From NCBI GenBank assembly GCA_965112735.1, contig OZ218964.1, positions 434,001 to 498,000 of the forward strand: a stretch of DNA of 64,000 bases, read 5' to 3'. The DNA comes from Phaeosaccion multiseriatum. Its lineage: Eukaryota; Protista; Ochrophyta, other classes. Made by a program: the position numbers and the translations under genes. Under the pieces are notes generated by a model. That model was not told the origin of the DNA. It searched no databases and was given only the letters and a program-made list of their open reading frames with translations. Below are positions 61,966 to 64,000 of the stretch, piece by piece; the first letter of the stretch is position 1; every line of letters starts with the position of its first letter.

Positions 61966-64000
61966 TGCAGCAACATGCGCGTGCTGTGCCTGCAGGTGTC
62001 CGTGGAGGGCGAGCGTTACAGAATGGAGGTGGAGTGGGAGGTCATGCTCGACGCACTCACCACGTGCCCCACGCTGCAGCAGGAGGCGGCGGGGGGGGCA
62101 TCGCTCTTGCTCACGGTCAGTACCCAGGGGGGGTCAGTACCCAGGGGGGGTCAGTACCCAGGGGGGGTCAGTACCCAGGGGGGTCAGTACCCAGGGGGAC
62201 AGTGCGAGGGGTAGCGAGGGGTAGTGGGCTTGTTGGAGACAAGAGCGGACGGGGCCAACACACACCCACCCACCGAGAGAGAGAGAGAGAGAACTCCCCC
62301 CCTTTGTTTGTTGTTTACCTAATGAACGTACGGACTGTTAAGACTGATAATCGATCGATCTGTCATGCGACTTGTGGGATGACAGGTGGCTGCAATGAAT
62401 ACGCGGCGGATGCGAGCAAGCCAAGTCAAGGGCACACAGGGGGGGCAAGCAGCCATGGCCCGAGGAGCAATCGCCAGGGGGAGGGACAGATCAAGCGCTG
62501 CCTTGTCGGGCCTCAGGAGCAAGAGCAACACCCCGGCCAGGAACAGAGGCAGAGGGGCCTCTGGATGGGGGGACGAGGGGGAGGGCGCCTTCTCCATGGG
62601 CATTGGGGGGCGTTCTCCCTCTGTGTCGAGAGCGTCCACACCGAGGGGGGCGGCGTCCCCTTCAGCTTCAGCATCTCGAAGCTCACGCTCCACCAAAGGC
62701 AGCTTCGGAGGGACGGCGGACGGAGCGGCAGGGGGGGGAGGGGGGGTATGGCATGAGACCTTCACCGTGACTAAGCGTGTGTCGGGAGACTACAGCCAGC
62801 AAGGCCCCCTCAGACGCATGCACGTGTTGCTGACTTGTCTGGCGCAGGAGCGGGGCCTACAGGCAGTGGAGGTGCCTCCGGCGGCGCTGGGGGGGAGAGT
62901 GCTGGACGGCTTGGGTAGGGGGCTTGGCGCGGGGGGGGAGGGGTATGGGTGTTATGGGGCGGGGAGCAGCGCGAGGGCAAAGGATTTGGTCTTCAATGGA
63001 TGGGAGTTCGCCTCGCCCTTCGCGGCTCGGGAAGACGGGAGGTGGGTGGAGGCGTATGGATGGGGAGGGACGGGGATGGCAGTTGACGGCAAGAAGGGCC
63101 GGGCCGTCAGCCTTCTCTCTCTCTTGTTCTCGCCTTCTTCGAGCCTCACTCACTCACCCCTCCCTCCTTCCTTCCTTCCCTCCCTCCCTGCCTGCCTGCC
63201 CGCTGTGTGCCCCTCCTCCCCCATGCGTCGCCACTCCTCCTCCGCACAGGGGCTCTCTCTCTCTCGGGCAGGACAGCCCCCGCAGCACCAGCCCCTCTCT
63301 GTGGGTGCTGCTGCGCTACCCCGTCCCCCCTGCGGCCCGGGCAGGAGCCTCAACCGTCTTGCACCGCCTCTCGGACTTGGCCTTCGAGATGGACGCGGTG
63401 TCATGGCAGGATGGGCCGTCTGATCCCAAGGGAGACAAGGGGCCAAGATGGTTCACGGCCTCGCATGTGTCCTTCTTGCAGGCGCCGAGAAAGGTGAGGC
63501 ATCGAGAATAGAATAGAGATGATCGATGTTGACTCTTCTTGTTCTGCTTGCAATGGTCTTTCCCCTTTGTTGGTGTTGGTGTTGGTGCTGGTGCTGGTGC
63601 CCCTTCTTACTCACCTCTCTCTCTCTGCATCTATCTCAGATCCGCAAGCTGCTGACTCTGTCGGAGCCGTGCCCAGGAGACAGCGCAAAGATGTCCGGTA
63701 TTAAGGAAGACCTTAGGGCGGGAAAGGTGAGTGGGGTGGGAGTGGGCATCCATGGCGCATCACAGATGGCGTATGGGGCTTAAGTCGGGCCATGTCGCGG
63801 TGCAACGCTTTCCATCACAGATGGCGGATGGTGTGCGCCTGTGCGCCGCTGCTCTCTCGCTCGCGCTTGTGTGTGTGTGTGTATGTGTATTCACGTGTCT
63901 GACGCCCGCCCTTGCGTGTGTGTGTGTGGGGGGGGGGGGGGTCCATTCGGTCCTTGGGCTTTGCTCTGCGCAGATGGCCGCCTCTGTTTTCCTCCGCTTT
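26758..64000 (+). CDS. VPS13: Giant VPS13-family bridge-like lipid transfer protein (Chorein_N, extended channel, VAB repeats with inserted PDZ, two C2, APT1/VPS13_C, ATG2_C, PH-like); 3' end lies outside the window
   Basis: 49 phase-consistent exons from 26758-26844 to 63640-63726 sum to 26400 nt (8800 codons). Chorein_N: WLGRHLRKFVEDVDEELLQAGMWSGDLLLEDLVVRRDAL...GTIGSIRIQVPW. Other VPS13 motifs: VDYFNSTLRCWEELLSP, ITLRSSFRLVNCT, VHPPIVVENLLP, IFCPYWMVNSS, YVWEEP, AEGPTRILLV, LQLDNQ, LYKVVGSFDFLGDPLG, GVKDFFYEP, LTLDEEYQ, GFGKGLCRGVFGLALKPLVGILD. Confidence 0.93.
47785..48620 (+). other. PDZ domain encoded within VPS13
   Basis: LAELGLWLETDWYRKNVVVKEVRRNSFAFKDTD|IQVGDVLLAINGTPVRGKTFNEVMAMLK contains the classical PDZ signature GD.LL.ING. 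The final strand is probably CSLRFR, after a low-complexity insert. Confidence 0.85.
51552..51706 (+). repeat. 31-bp minisatellite x5 (CTGAGGGCCCACACCTTCTGTCCTGACACCT), intronic
   Basis: Five perfect head-to-tail copies with no spacers. Confidence 0.95.
51956..52223 (+). repeat. ~66-bp minisatellite x4 spanning an exon/intron junction
   Basis: Copies start at 51956, 52029, 52095 and 52161 (73, 66, 66, 63 bp); each contains GCCCCTATAAT|GTAAGG. Confidence 0.95.
54990..56165 (+). other. Second, insertion-split C2-like domain within VPS13
   Basis: GQLTIRPLQALNLPDTKHRVYVVV...SIAPRW [Gly-rich insert] GILRVSLFAE...DVELGRLEVPLVEL...EYTMWYPV. Confidence 0.7.
55876..55963 (+). repeat. (AAGGG)n pentamer tract, intronic
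   Basis: About 17 copies with one interruption. Confidence 0.9.
56926..57462 (+). repeat. (CCCTT)n pentamer tract, intronic
   Basis: About 535 nt of pure pyrimidine. Confidence 0.95.
59250..59552 (+). repeat. Compound minisatellite: ~24-mer (TCTCATCTTCCTTCCTTTCCTGTT)n followed by ~13-mer (CTCTGTGCTCTAC)n
   Basis: Two adjacent arrays in intron 59069-59586. Confidence 0.85.
61137..61500 (+). repeat. Higher-order (CTGA)n-based repeat with recurring TGAGTACCC and CTAAC
   Basis: Fills most of intron 61136-61585. Confidence 0.85.
62116..62198 (+). repeat. 16-17-bp repeat x5 (GTCAGTACCCAGGGGGG) beginning at a 5' splice site
   Basis: GT at 62116, 62133, 62150, 62167 and 62183. Confidence 0.92.

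Noticed and set aside
1-64000. Transposons, introner-like intron families, tRNA/rRNA genes, alternative genetic code
   Set aside because: No transposase or reverse transcriptase motifs, the introns are not similar to each other along their length, no structural RNA was recognised by eye, and all models splice without internal stops. Small snoRNAs cannot be excluded without a covariance search.

Overview
Gene-dense, GC-rich, intron-rich eukaryotic nuclear DNA. It is probably from a photosynthetic stramenopile (ochrophyte), inferred from two signal peptides followed by the ASAFAP-type motif VEA|FVP. Manual splicing gives five genes that fill almost the whole window. (1) A FAD synthetase (PAPS-reductase plus molybdopterin-binding/CinA-like domains; minus, 3362 to beyond the left edge). 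(2) A 214-aa protein whose only recognisable domain is a stand-alone IF2 N-terminal domain (minus, 5135-3711). (3) An unknown ~1016-aa multi-pass membrane protein (plus, 5546-9685). (4) A ~2381-aa EML5/6-like protein with three HELP/WD40 units fused to an N-terminal EF-hand module (minus, 26378-10236, 35 exons). (5) A giant VPS13 (plus, 26758 to beyond the right edge; >=49 exons, >=8800 codons) carrying a PDZ and two C2 domains. Main findings: genes 1 and 2 are unrelated neighbours yet share a duplicated 122-nt plastid-targeting presequence (~80% identical, with homology starting at the ATG); several introns contain tandem copies of their own 5' splice site; and intronic repeats show 5' G-rich/3' C-rich polarity with fold-back potential. 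No transposase, CRISPR array or structural RNA gene was recognised. All gene models are hand-built and have no transcript support.
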